Positions 52,046 through 62,153 of a stretch of 64,000 nucleotides of DNA are shown in pieces. Numbering within the stretch: the stretch's first letter is position 1; each line of letters starts with the position of its first letter. A program made the position numbers and the translations under genes. The DNA is from an uncultured Chloroflexia bacterium (GTDB lineage Bacteria; Chloroflexota; Limnocylindria; Limnocylindrales; CSP1-4), in the NCBI GenBank assembly GCA_963746845.1, contig CAVVCZ010000004.1:928001-992000 (forward strand). Direction: 5' to 3'. The notes below the pieces were generated by a model. It made no database searches. It saw only the letters and a list, made by a program, of their open reading frames with translations, and had not been told where the DNA came from.

Positions 52046-52884
52046 CGCCGGTCGGCTCCCACCTCGCGAAGGAACCCGTCGACCAGGGCCGCGAACTCGT
52101 CGGGCCGCTCGAGCGTGAGCATGTGCGCGACGTCGGGCCATCCGACGAGGCGGACGTTCGGCGCCTCCGCGGCCAGCCGCTCCGCGGTCGCGATGACGGA
52201 CGGCTGATCGCCATCGCCGACCAGGACGAGCACCGGACAGCGGAGCTCGGCGAACCGACCCGATGCGGACGGTGTCAGCTCGTGCTCCGGGGCCACCTCG
52301 TCGTCCCACTGGGGCAGCTCGAACGCCTCCCGCTGCATCCGCCCGACGAACGCCCGCACGTCCGGGTCGACGGCGTCGGCGCTCCGGTGCGGCCCATCGA
52401 CCCAGGCGCGGAGATTCACCTCGACGGCCGCATCCAGATCGCCCCGATCGAGGGCGTCGACCTCGGCCGCCCAGATCGGGCGGAGCTCGGGCGGTGCGTC
52501 GCCGAACAGAGCCCCGCCGGGCGCGGCGAGGATCAGCGACGCGACGGCGTCGGGGCGGGCCAGGGCCACCTCCACGGCGACGCCGGCGCCCATCGACGCG
52601 CCGACGACGTGCGCCCGGTCGACCAGCAGACCCTCGAGGAGCGCGAGCACATCCGTGTGATGCGACCACGGACCCGTCGGGGGCAGCGTCTCGCCGAAGC
52701 CCCGCGAATCCGGGCGGATCACCCGATGCCCTGCCGACAGCGGCGCGACGAGCGACCCCCACATCCGTCGATCGGCGACACCCGCATGCAGGAGCACGAC
52801 AGGCCCACCGGATCCCTCGTCGTCGAAGGCGATGCCACCCGCCGTCCGCCCGCCGGCGGCCGTCCGGCCGTCCGTCTCGGTCAT
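52042..52884 (-). CDS. Alpha/beta hydrolase
   Basis: VVLLHAG, DSRGFGET, GASMG nucleophile, G..D, AH. Confidence 0.9.
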   Translation of the reverse strand: MTETDGRTAAGGRTAGGIAFDDEGSGGPVVLLHAGVADRRMWGSLVAPLSAGHRVIRPDSRGFGETLPPTGPWSHHTDVLALLEGLLVDRAHVVGASMGAGVAVEVALARPDAVASLILAAPGGALFGDAPPELRPIWAAEVDALDRGDLDAAVEVNLRAWVDGPHRSADAVDPDVRAFVGRMQREAFELPQWDDEVAPEHELTPSASGRFAELRCPVLVLVGDGDQPSVIATAERLAAEAPNVRLVGWPDVAHMLTLERPDEFAALVDGFLREVGADRR

Positions 52885-53124
52885 GCGGCCAGTCTCCGCG
52901 ATCGCGACGCCCGCTGCAGGTCGCCGGGCCGCAACTTATCCTTGCCGGACGCACCGATCCGCGAACAGGGCCACGGACCTTCCAGACGGCAGATTGCCGC
53001 TTGCCCGGCCGACCCCGACCTCGGTACGATGCGCCGATGGTCGCCCGGGGGGGCGAACGTTCCTTCGAGACGGACCGGGCCAGGGATCGATCGGCCGGTC
53101 GTGCTCGATGATCGAGGAGGACAC

Positions 53125-54327
53125 ATGCGCACCCGCTCCTTTGGCCTGACGCTGTTCAGCGGTCTGGCCATCCTGGTCTCGGCGTGTTCGAGCGGCGCGA
53201 CGCCGTCCCCGTCGGCCTCACAGGCCCCGGCGCCGTCCGTCGCGGCACCGTCCGTCGCGGCGCCGTCCACCGCCGCGTCGCCGTCGGCGCCGGCTCCGTC
53301 GTTCGTCCAGGCGCCGAACCTGAAGATCGGCGTCGTCACGGACATCGGCACGCTGAACGACAAGAACTTCAATGAATACTCCTTCAAGGGCGCCTCGCAG
53401 GGTGCGGCCGCGATCGGCGCGGCTGTTCCCTCCTCGATCGTCCCGACGGCGGCCGCGGACTACGCGCCGTCGATCAAGTCCTTCGTCGACCAGAAGACCG
53501 ACGTGATCGTCACCGTCGGCTTCAACCTCGCCGCGGCGACGGGCGAGGCGTCGGTCGCGAACAAGACCACGACCTTCATCGGCGTCGACCAGTCGCCGAT
53601 CTGCATCAAGGCCGACGGCAAGCAGGACTTCACGTTCCCCTGCCCGACCGACTCCACGACGCTCGCTCCGAACTACACCTCGCTCGCGTTCCAGGAGGAC
53701 CAGGCCGGCTATCTCGCCGGCATCGTGGCCGCCGGGGCCAGCAAGACGGGCACGATCGGCGCGATCGGCGGGACGAGCGTGTGCGCCCCGTGCGTGCGCT
53801 ACATCCAGGGCTACGAGCTCGGCGCCAAGTCGGTCAACCCGAACATCAAGGTCGTCAGCGCCTACGTCACGAACGACTTCAGCAACGCCGCCTTCCAGGA
53901 CCAGGCCGGTGGCAAGACGTTCGCCGAGAACTACCTCGCCCAGAACAAGGACGTGGACATCCTGTTCCAGGTCGCGGGCCTGACCGGCAACGGCGTCCTC
54001 GACGCCGCCTGCGCCGCCAACATCAAGGGCATCGGCGTCGACGTCGATCAGTTCCTGTCGTACCCGAATGCCGGTCCGTGCCTCCTGACGAGCGCGACGA
54101 AGAACCTCCAGCTCGCGGTGTCCGATGCCGTGACTGCCAAGGCCGCCGGGACGCTCAAGCCGGGGACGGTGCTGTACGACGCCAAGAACGACGGGATCGG
54201 CGTCGCGCCGGGCCACGACAACGCCAGCGCCTGGGCTGCCGACACGCAGTCGAAGATCGACGCCGCACTCGCGGCGATGAAGGCCGGGACGCTCAAGACC
54301 TGCCCCGACAAGTGCGGGGCGCTGTGA
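53125..54327 (+). CDS. BMP-family ABC transporter substrate-binding lipoprotein (nucleoside-like)
   Basis: GAGGAGG SD, lipobox VSAC, DKNFNE, AGYLAG, AGLTGNG, GVDVDQ. Confidence 0.92.
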   Translation: MRTRSFGLTLFSGLAILVSACSSGATPSPSASQAPAPSVAAPSVAAPSTAASPSAPAPSFVQAPNLKIGVVTDIGTLNDKNFNEYSFKGASQGAAAIGAAVPSSIVPTAAADYAPSIKSFVDQKTDVIVTVGFNLAAATGEASVANKTTTFIGVDQSPICIKADGKQDFTFPCPTDSTTLAPNYTSLAFQEDQAGYLAGIVAAGASKTGTIGAIGGTSVCAPCVRYIQGYELGAKSVNPNIKVVSAYVTNDFSNAAFQDQAGGKTFAENYLAQNKDVDILFQVAGLTGNGVLDAACAANIKGIGVDVDQFLSYPNAGPCLLTSATKNLQLAVSDAVTAKAAGTLKPGTVLYDAKNDGIGVAPGHDNASAWAADTQSKIDAALAAMKAGTLKTCPDKCGAL

Positions 54328-54363
54328 TCGCGGGCTGACCACGCCCACTCCATCGCGACCGTT

Positions 54364-54397
54364 CGCGGGCCGGCCGAGGCAACTCGGCCGGCCCGCG
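54364..54397 (+). terminator. Perfect 15-bp hairpin with GCAA tetraloop after the BMP gene
   Basis: CGCGGGCCGGCCGAG-GCAA-CTCGGCCGGCCCGCG followed by TTCTGT. Confidence 0.75.
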
Positions 54398-54467
54398 TTC
54401 TGTACCCTGTCGGAACCACTCCGGCAAGCCGCGTTCACGTCCGCCAGCTGAGGAACCAGCGATCGCC

Positions 54468-56078
54468 GTGACGAGCACCCAGGAGACCGTCCGCGAGCAA
54501 CCCGTTCACGCGCCGGCCCTCGAGATGCGCGGGATCACGAAGCGCTATCCGGGGGTCGTGGCGAACGATCACATCGACCTGGATGTCCGCCCCGGCGAGA
54601 TCCACGCCCTGCTCGGCGAGAACGGGGCCGGCAAGACGACGCTGATGAACATCCTCTACGGCCTGGCCCGGCCGGACGAGGGCGAGATCCTGATCGACGG
54701 GACGGCCGTCCGGATCGCGAGCCCGACGGACGCGATCAGCCGTGGCATCAACATGGTCCATCAGCACTTCATGCTGGTCCCCGTCCTGACCGTCGCCGAG
54801 AACATCCTCCTCGGCGAGGAGACGATGGCCAACCCGATCTTCCTCGACCGGAAGGAGGCCCGGAAGCGGATCATCGACCTCGGCCAGCGGTTCGGGTTCG
54901 ACATCGACCCCGACGTGAAGGTCGGCGAGCTGTCGGTCGGCTGGCAGCAGCGGGTCGAGATCCTCAAGGCCCTCTATCGGAACGCCCGCGTCCTCGTCCT
55001 CGACGAGCCGACCGCCGTGCTCACCCCGCAGGAGACGGACGAGATCTTCGCGGTCCTCCGTCGCCTCGCCGAGCAGGGCCACTCGATCGTCTTCATCAGC
55101 CACAAGCTGTACGAGGTCCTCGCGATCGCCGACCGGATCACCGTGATCCGGCGCGGCAAGGTCGTCGGCCAGCGGCTGCCCGCCGAGACGGACGAGGACG
55201 ATCTGGCGGCCCTGATGGTCGGACGCGACGTGCAGCTCGTCGTCGACCGTGGCGAATCGCATCCTGGCGCGGTCCGTCTCGCGGTCCAGGGGCTCCGGGT
55301 CCGTGACGATCGGGGCAGCGAGGTCGTGCGCGGCGTGGACTTCGACATCCGCGCCGGCGAGATCTTCGGCATCGCCGGCGTCGCCGGGAACGGACAGGAC
55401 GAGCTGGTCGAGGCCATCGTGGGGCTGCGCAAGCCGTCCGAGGGCACGGTCCGCCTCGACGACCGCGACGTGACGAACCTGAGCACGCGCGCGATGACGA
55501 ATCTCGGCACGGGCTATGTGCCGGCGGATCGCCACCGCTTCGGCCTCGTCCTCGGGTTCTCGGTCGCCGACAACCTCGTGCTCACCGACTACTACCACGC
55601 ACCGTACGCTCGGGGCATCATCCGCAACGACGAGGCGATCGCCGAGCGCGGGAAACGGGCGATCGTCGAGTACGACATCCGGACGCCCTCGGAAGAGGTC
55701 GGAGCGGGAACGCTGTCCGGTGGCAACCAGCAGAAGCTGGTCGTCGCCCGGGAGCTGGACGGCGACCTCCGCCTGCTCGTCCTCGACCAGCCGACCCGCG
55801 GCCTGGACGTGGGCAGCATCGAGTTCATCCACCGCCAGGCGATCAAGAAGCGGGACGCCGGCACGGCCGTCCTCCTCGTCTCCGCCGAGCTGGACGAAGT
55901 CCTCGAGCTGAGCGACCGGGTCGCGGTGATGTACCGCGGGCAGATCGTGTCCGTCGTGGACGGACGGACCGCGGATCGGAACGAGGTCGGGGTGCTGATG
56001 GCCACCGGCACGCGCCAGGAGGCGGCCGTCGCCGGCACGCCCCCGATGACGAGCAGCCCCGACGGTGCCGGCGGATGA
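54468..56078 (+). CDS. ABC transporter ATP-binding protein, CUT2/NupA-like (tandem ATPase)
   Basis: GENGAGKT, MVHQHFML, LDEPTAVL, GVAGNGQ, LSGGNQQK, QPTRGLD. Confidence 0.94.
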   Translation: MTSTQETVREQPVHAPALEMRGITKRYPGVVANDHIDLDVRPGEIHALLGENGAGKTTLMNILYGLARPDEGEILIDGTAVRIASPTDAISRGINMVHQHFMLVPVLTVAENILLGEETMANPIFLDRKEARKRIIDLGQRFGFDIDPDVKVGELSVGWQQRVEILKALYRNARVLVLDEPTAVLTPQETDEIFAVLRRLAEQGHSIVFISHKLYEVLAIADRITVIRRGKVVGQRLPAETDEDDLAALMVGRDVQLVVDRGESHPGAVRLAVQGLRVRDDRGSEVVRGVDFDIRAGEIFGIAGVAGNGQDELVEAIVGLRKPSEGTVRLDDRDVTNLSTRAMTNLGTGYVPADRHRFGLVLGFSVADNLVLTDYYHAPYARGIIRNDEAIAERGKRAIVEYDIRTPSEEVGAGTLSGGNQQKLVVARELDGDLRLLVLDQPTRGLDVGSIEFIHRQAIKKRDAGTAVLLVSAELDEVLELSDRVAVMYRGQIVSVVDGRTADRNEVGVLMATGTRQEAAVAGTPPMTSSPDGAGG

Positions 56079-57254
56079 GCGCCCCGGCCGGCGGCTCCGG
56101 CGCGGCAGACAGCGGCCCCGCGAGGCCCGGGCAAGCGTCGGGCGCAGCAGATCCGGACGGCCATCGCGTTGCCGATCGTCGCCCTCCTGATGGCCGTCGT
56201 CATCGGTTCGTTGTTCGTCTACGCGGCCGCCTGGATCAAGGACGGGAAGATCGACCTCGCCCAGCCGCTGATCGCCTACCGGGCGCTCCTGGGCGGCTCC
56301 CTCTTCGGGTGGGACCCGATCGTTGCCACCCTCGTCGCGGCGACGCCGCTGATCTTCGGCGGCCTGGCCGTTGCCCTTGGCTTCAAGGCCGGCCTGTTCA
56401 ACATCGGCGTGCAGGGCCAGCTCACCATGGGCGTCCTCGCCTCGGTGGCCGTCGGCGTGGCCCTGGCCGAGCGTCCGGTCTGGATCGCGGCTCCGCTCGC
56501 ATTCGTCGCCGGCACCCTGGCCGGCGCCTCGTGGGGCTTCATCGCCGGCTGGCTGAAGGCCGTCTCGGGCGCCCATGAGGTCGTGACGACGATCATGCTC
56601 AACTACATCGCCTACAGCGTCCTGGCGGCCGCGGTCGCCGGCCCGCTCCGCGTTCCCCAGGCCCAGGCGCCGGTGACGTACGACGTGGGGAATGCCGCGT
56701 TGCCGATCGTCCTCGGCGAGACCGGCCACATCGGGATCTTCATCGCCCTGGTGATGGTCGTCGTCGTCTGGTGGATGCTGTACCGGACGACCCTCGGCTT
56801 CGAGATCCGGACGGCCGGGATCAACCCGGACGCCGCCCGTTACGCCGGGATGCGCCCGCGCCGGCTGATCATCCTGGCGATGTCGATGTCGGGCGGCCTG
56901 GCCGGGATGTCGGGGGCGAACGAGCTCCTCGGCGTCACCCACCAGACCCAGTCGAGCTTTCCCTCGTCCGTCGGGTTCGACTCGATCGCCGTCGCCCTGC
57001 TGGCACGGTCGAACCCGATCGCCGTGATCCCGGCGGCCATCCTTTTCGGGGCCATGCGCGCCGGCGCCGGCCAGATGCAGATCGAGGCGCGGACCCCGCG
57101 TGAGCTCGTCGACGTCCTCCAGGCGGTGATCCTGATCGTGCTCGTCACCCTGCCGGTCCTCGCCCGCGCGATCAACAGCCGCGGCTCGCGCTCGTTCGAT
57201 GCCGACGCAGCGACGATCACTCGTTCGTACGGCAGCGAGTCGGTGACCTCCTGA
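56075..57254 (+). CDS. ABC transporter permease (apparent frameshift near the start)
   Basis: GLFNIGVQGQ, HEVVTTIMLNYIA, GFDSIAVALL. Confidence 0.9.
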
Positions 57255-58321
57255 TGGACCAGTTCCTCTACTCGATCCCGGTCATCGGGTTCGTGTTCCA
57301 GGTCGCCGGCTACCTGATCGCCGTCCTGCCGACGAGTGCGCCGATCATCCTGCGGGCGGCAACGCCGATCGCGTTCGGTGCCCTGTGCGGCGTCGTCTGC
57401 GAGCGGTCCGGGGTCGTCAACATCGGCATCGAGGGAACGATGCTCACGGCGGCCTTCACCGGCTGGGTCATCGCCATCGCCGCGAACAACCTGCTCGGGC
57501 CGTTCGCGCCGGGTCCGCTCGGGATCACGCCGGCGCTGCTGATCGGCCTCGTGGCGGCGCTGCTCTCGGCCGTCCTGGTCTCGCTCCTCCACGCGTGGAT
57601 GTCGATCAGCCTCCGGGTCGACCAGATCATCAGCGGCACGATCATCAACATCGCCGCGTTCGGGATCACCGGCTACCTGAACAACGTGATCGCCGCTGCG
57701 TCCCCGACCAGTGCCGGCCAGTTCGCGAAGATCGTGCCGCCGAAGGAGCTCACCAGCCTGCCGTTCGTCGGATGGATCTTCACGACGATCTTCAACCAGG
57801 GTCCGATCACGATCAGCCTGTTGTTCTGCGTCGTCATCCTCCAGGTCTACCTGTTCCGCTCGCGATGGGGCCTCCGGACGCGGGCGGTCGGCGAACATCC
57901 GAAAGCCGCCGAGACGGTCGGCATCGACGTCATCCGTCTGCGTTACCGGAACGTCCTGATCGGGGGGGCGTTCGCCGGGATGGCCGGGGCCTTCCTCTCC
58001 CTGGAGCTGTCGAACTCGTTCCAGGCCGGCGGCACGGCCGGCCGCGGGTTCATCGCCCTGGCGGCGATGATCGTCGGGCGATGGACGCCGATCGGGGCGT
58101 TCGGGGCGGCGCTGCTCTTCTCGCTCTTCCTGACGCTCGGCCAGACGATCACCTTCCTGCCGCCGACCGGCGACTTCGGCGCGCTCGTCAAGGCCCTACC
58201 CGCTCAGGTCTTCACCGCCCTGCCGTACATCGTGACGATCGTCGTCCTGGCCGGCCTGATCGGCCGGAGCACGCCGCCGGCGGCGGACGGCAAGCCGTAC
58301 GAACGCGAAGCCACGGCGTGA
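57254..58321 (+). CDS. ABC transporter permease
   Basis: ERSGVVNIGIEG, GLRTRAVGEHP, GRGFIALAA, LPY. Confidence 0.93.
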   Translation: MDQFLYSIPVIGFVFQVAGYLIAVLPTSAPIILRAATPIAFGALCGVVCERSGVVNIGIEGTMLTAAFTGWVIAIAANNLLGPFAPGPLGITPALLIGLVAALLSAVLVSLLHAWMSISLRVDQIISGTIINIAAFGITGYLNNVIAAASPTSAGQFAKIVPPKELTSLPFVGWIFTTIFNQGPITISLLFCVVILQVYLFRSRWGLRTRAVGEHPKAAETVGIDVIRLRYRNVLIGGAFAGMAGAFLSLELSNSFQAGGTAGRGFIALAAMIVGRWTPIGAFGAALLFSLFLTLGQTITFLPPTGDFGALVKALPAQVFTALPYIVTIVVLAGLIGRSTPPAADGKPYEREATA

Positions 58322-58363
58322 GCGCGTGACCGCTTCGGGGCTCGAGGCGATCCGGGTTCGCGC

Positions 58364-58879
58364 GTGACGGACGAGTCGGCCGACCACGCGGCCCGGCGGG
58401 CGGCGGAGCGGATCCGGGCCATCGCCTATCTGGATCTCGAGGAAGGTCGCGGCCCGGTCCCGGTGCTCGACGGCGAGGCCGCCGGCGAGATGTTGCGCAG
58501 CGCCCGCCGGATCGCGGTCGTCGGGGCGTCGTCGAACGAGTCGCGGCCGTCGTTCGGCGTCTTCCGGTACCTGCTCCACCAGGGGTACGAGTGCGTCCCG
58601 GTCAACCCGGCGGCCCGGTCGATCCTCGGCGTGCCGGCGTTCCGCACGCTGCGCGAGGCCGCCGACGCGACGGGCCCGTTCGACATCGTCGATGTCTTCC
58701 GACGGTCCGAGCTGTGCGTCCCGCACGCACAGGAGGCGGTCGAGATCGGGGCGCGCTGCCTGTGGCTCCAGCTCGGCGTCGTCAACTGGGACGCCGCGCG
58801 GATCGCCCACGACGGCGGGCTCGCGGTCGTGATGGACCGGTGCACGGCGATCGAGCACCGCCGGATCCGGGGCCGGTAA
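58364..58879 (+). CDS. CoA-binding protein (YccU-like)
   Basis: IAVVGAS, PVNP, DIVDVFR, WLQLG, MDRC. Confidence 0.9.
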   Translation: MTDESADHAARRAAERIRAIAYLDLEEGRGPVPVLDGEAAGEMLRSARRIAVVGASSNESRPSFGVFRYLLHQGYECVPVNPAARSILGVPAFRTLREAADATGPFDIVDVFRRSELCVPHAQEAVEIGARCLWLQLGVVNWDAARIAHDGGLAVVMDRCTAIEHRRIRGR

Positions 58880-58913
58880 GGCAAGCCCGGCCCAGCCCGC
58901 CTTCAGGCGCTCC

Positions 58914-59186
58914 CTACCGGACGAGGAACCCCAGGAAGATCAGCACGAACCCGCCGATCGCCACGAGACCCCACTGCCGGGCCCGGCGGCGATACAGGTA
59001 CATCTCCACGGACGCGGCCGTCCCGGAGTCGTCGCGGACGCCGCCGCGCCAGGCGTTGTACCGCTCGGCGTTGGCGCCCTCCTCCTTGAGCGCCTGGTAG
59101 CGCGCCCAGGGCGGCCGCGCACGGGAATACCCGACCGCCACGAGGACGCCGCCCATCAGCCAGAGAGCGATGTTGACGACGCCCAT
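58914..59186 (-). CDS. Small two-TM hypothetical protein
   Basis: Two hydrophobic segments; ATG overlaps the gatB stop. Confidence 0.7.
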   Translation of the reverse strand: MGVVNIALWLMGGVLVAVGYSRARPPWARYQALKEEGANAERYNAWRGGVRDDSGTAASVEMYLYRRRARQWGLVAIGGFVLIFLGFLVR

Positions 59187-60667
59187 CAGCCGTCCAGGCG
59201 GGCGCGGACCGCCTCCTGGACGACGGCCGCGTTCGCCTGGCCCCGGGTGGCCTTCATCACCTGACCGACGAAGAACCCGAGGACCGGCTTGCCCGCCCGG
59301 TAATCATCGACGGCCTTCGGGTTCGCCGCGATCACGTCGTCCACGACCGGGCCGAGCGCCGACGCGTCCGAGATCTGGCGCAGGCCGCGGCCCTCGACGA
59401 TCGACGCCACCGTCGCCCCGTCGGCGGCATGCGCGGCGAAGACCTCCTTCGCGTTCGTTCCGGACAGCTCGCCACCCGCGACCCGGCCGACGAGGTCGGC
59501 CAGCTGCCCGGCGTCGACCCGGGCGGCCGAGATCGGATCCGTCCGCAGAAGCCCGAGGAACGACCCGGTCACCCAGTTCGCGAGCGCCTTCGGGTCGAGC
59601 GACGGCGCGGCGGCGCGGGCCGCCTCGAACAGCTCGCTCGCCCGCGGCTCGGCCACGATCACGGCCGCGTCATAGGCCGACAGCCCGAGGTCCCGCTCGT
59701 AGCGCGCCCGACGATCGGCGGGCAGCTCCGGGAGCGCGTCGCGGATCTGCGCCAGCCACGCCGCATCGACCCGGAGCGGCGGCAGGTCCGGCTCCGGGAA
59801 GTACCGGTAGTCGTGGCTGTCCTCCTTCGATCGCATGACGTAGGTCTCGCCCCGATCCTCGTTCCAGCCGCGCGTGTCCTGGGTCAGCGTCTCGCCGGCG
59901 TCGAGGGCCGCCGCCTGGCGTTCGATCTCGTACGCGATCGCCCGCTCGACCGAGCGGAACGAGTTCATGTTCTTGACCTCGACCCGCGTCCCGAACGGCT
60001 CCGTCCCGCGCACGCGCAGCGACACGTTCGCCTCGACCCGCATCTGGCCCCGCTCCATGTCCGCGTCGCTCGCCCCGATCGCCCGGAGCAGGGCCTGGAG
60101 CTCCTCGGCGTACCGGCGCGCCTGCTCGGCGGTCCGGACGTCCGGCTCCGTCACGATCTCCATCAGCGGCGCGCCCGACCGGTTGAAGTCGACGAGGCTG
60201 ATCCGCCGGCCTGCCGGGTCCGTCCCATGGACGAGCTTGGCGGTGTCCTCCTCGAGATGGGCGCGGGTGATGCGGATCGTGACCTCGCCGGCCGACGTGT
60301 CGAAGGTCAGCCGGCCCATCGAGGCGAGGGGCAGGTCGTACTGGCTGATCTGGTAGCCCTTCGGCAGGTCCGGATAGAAGTAGTTCTTGCGGTCCCAGCG
60401 GGTCGCGGGGGGGGTCTCCGCGGCGATCGCGACGCCGGTCGCCAGGACCAGCTCGACCGCGCGCCGGTTGATCGTCGGCAGCGTCCCCGGCAGCCCGAGG
60501 CAGACCGGGCAGACGTGCGTGTTCGGCGGCGCGTCGGCGTAGGCGTTCGAGCAGCCGCAGAACATCTTCGAGGCCGTCTTGAGCTGACAGTGGACCTCGA
60601 TCCCGATGACCGCCTCGTAGCGATCGAGGGCAGCCGTTGCGGCGGCGGGCTCGGCAGCATCGACCAT
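59186..60667 (-). CDS. gatB: Asp/Glu-tRNA amidotransferase subunit B
   Basis: IGIEVHCQL, CLGLPGTLP, RKNYFYPDLPKGYQISQ, HLEED, EVKNMNS, YRYFPEPDL. Confidence 0.97.
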   Translation of the reverse strand: MVDAAEPAAATAALDRYEAVIGIEVHCQLKTASKMFCGCSNAYADAPPNTHVCPVCLGLPGTLPTINRRAVELVLATGVAIAAETPPATRWDRKNYFYPDLPKGYQISQYDLPLASMGRLTFDTSAGEVTIRITRAHLEEDTAKLVHGTDPAGRRISLVDFNRSGAPLMEIVTEPDVRTAEQARRYAEELQALLRAIGASDADMERGQMRVEANVSLRVRGTEPFGTRVEVKNMNSFRSVERAIAYEIERQAAALDAGETLTQDTRGWNEDRGETYVMRSKEDSHDYRYFPEPDLPPLRVDAAWLAQIRDALPELPADRRARYERDLGLSAYDAAVIVAEPRASELFEAARAAAPSLDPKALANWVTGSFLGLLRTDPISAARVDAGQLADLVGRVAGGELSGTNAKEVFAAHAADGATVASIVEGRGLRQISDASALGPVVDDVIAANPKAVDDYRAGKPVLGFFVGQVMKATRGQANAAVVQEAVRARLDG

Positions 60668-60905
60668 GGCCGAAGTTTCGCACAGGCCCTCGGCGGGACG
60701 GGTCGCGTGCCGCGGCAGCGGCAACGGCCTGGCGATGGCCTCGCGGCGGCAAGCTGACGACCGGGTGAGACTCGGATGACGGACGGGGCGGTCGACGCCC
60801 CGATCTCATCCAGTTGGGGGATGACGAGCGGCCCGCGGTTGCGAACGATTGCCGCGGTGGTTGCGAACGGCGAACGCGACATTGCGGCGGTCCGGGAAAC
60901 GATTG

Positions 60906-60965
60906 TGAGAGCGCTCTCTTGACAACGCCTGTTATGGTGCCTTCTGAGCGTGAGAGCGCTCTCAC
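60906..60965. promoter_or_regulatory. Two LacI-family (CelR/CebR-like) operators around a TTGACA -35
   Basis: TGAGAGCGCTCTCT (60906-60919) and perfect palindrome GTGAGAGCGCTCTCAC (60950-60965); TTGACA at 60919-60924. Confidence 0.85.
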
Positions 60966-60981
60966 AGGAGACGCGATCGAC

Positions 60982-62031
60982 ATGACGTTGGCCGCCCGGG
61001 TCCGCCGCAACGGGACGACACTCGAAGAGGTCGCCTCGCGCGCCGGTGTCTCGAGGGCAACCGTCTCTCGCGTCGTCAACGGCTCCCCGAAGGTCAGCCC
61101 CGACGTCCGCCGCGCGGTCGAGGCGGCCGTCACCGAGCTCGGCTACGTCCCCAATCGCGCGGCACGCAGCCTCGTCACCCGGCGGAACGGCTCCATCGGC
61201 GTCGTGATCACCGAGCCGCCGGACCGGCTGTTCAACGACCCGTTCTTCCCGCGGCTCCTGCGGGGGATCAGCGCCGCCCTCAGTGCCCGCGATCTCCAGC
61301 TCGTCCTGCTCATGCCGGAGAACCCGGCGGACACGGACCGGACCGCGGACTACATCGCCGCCGGCCACGTCGACGGGACGCTCCTCGTCAGCCTCCACGG
61401 CGAGGACCCCCTCCCCGACCGGCTGGCCCGCGCGGGCATCCCGTTCGTCGTCGGTGGACGTCCGCTCCGGACGACCGCGGCGAGCTTCGTCGACGTCGAC
61501 AACCGCGGCGGCGCCCGGAGCGCCGTCGAGCACCTCCTCACCAGCGGACGTCGGAACGTCGCGACGATCACCGGGCCCACCGACATGGGCGCCGGCGTCG
61601 ACCGCCTCGCCGGCTATCGCGAGGCCCTCGGCGACGCCGGGATCACCGTCGACCCGAGCCTCGAGGCCACGGGCGACTTCACCCAGGAGGGCGGCGCCGC
61701 CGCGATGGAGCGCCTCCTCGCCGCCCGGCCCGACATCGACGCGGTGTTCGCCGCGTCGGACCTCATGGCAGCGGGGGCGATGGCCGTCCTCGAGTCCGCC
61801 GGCCGGCGGATCCCCCAGGACGTGGCGGTCGTCGGCTACGACGACTCGCCCGTCGCATCCTCCGTCCGTCCCCGCCTGACCAGCGTCCGTCAGCCGATCG
61901 AGGAGATGGGTCACGAGATGGCCCGGCTCCTGGTCGACGCGGTCGATGGCACAGATCCCGTCCAACGGCGAGTGATCCTCGCCACGGAACTCGTTCGACG
62001 CGCTTCGAGCGCCGGGAGGCGCGTGCCCTGA
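60982..62031 (+). CDS. LacI-family transcriptional regulator (CelR-like)
   Basis: TLEEVASRAGVSRATVSRVVNG, YVPNRAARSL, DPFFP, GYDDS, LTSVRQP. Confidence 0.95.
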   Translation: MTLAARVRRNGTTLEEVASRAGVSRATVSRVVNGSPKVSPDVRRAVEAAVTELGYVPNRAARSLVTRRNGSIGVVITEPPDRLFNDPFFPRLLRGISAALSARDLQLVLLMPENPADTDRTADYIAAGHVDGTLLVSLHGEDPLPDRLARAGIPFVVGGRPLRTTAASFVDVDNRGGARSAVEHLLTSGRRNVATITGPTDMGAGVDRLAGYREALGDAGITVDPSLEATGDFTQEGGAAAMERLLAARPDIDAVFAASDLMAAGAMAVLESAGRRIPQDVAVVGYDDSPVASSVRPRLTSVRQPIEEMGHEMARLLVDAVDGTDPVQRRVILATELVRRASSAGRRVP

Positions 62032-62153
62032 GCCGGCCGGCGACCGGCAGCGTCGTCGCCCGGAGGCGGCGCCGCACACGCTGACGCAGAACCACAGACA
62101 GGAGTCCACCCAGCACATCGGTCGTCATCACCCCACAGGAGGAGACCAGAGCG

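Noticed and set aside
60805-60870. SAM-I riboswitch suggested by CTCATCCAG
   Set aside because: Downstream kink-turn, GCAACC and GTGC elements are missing.
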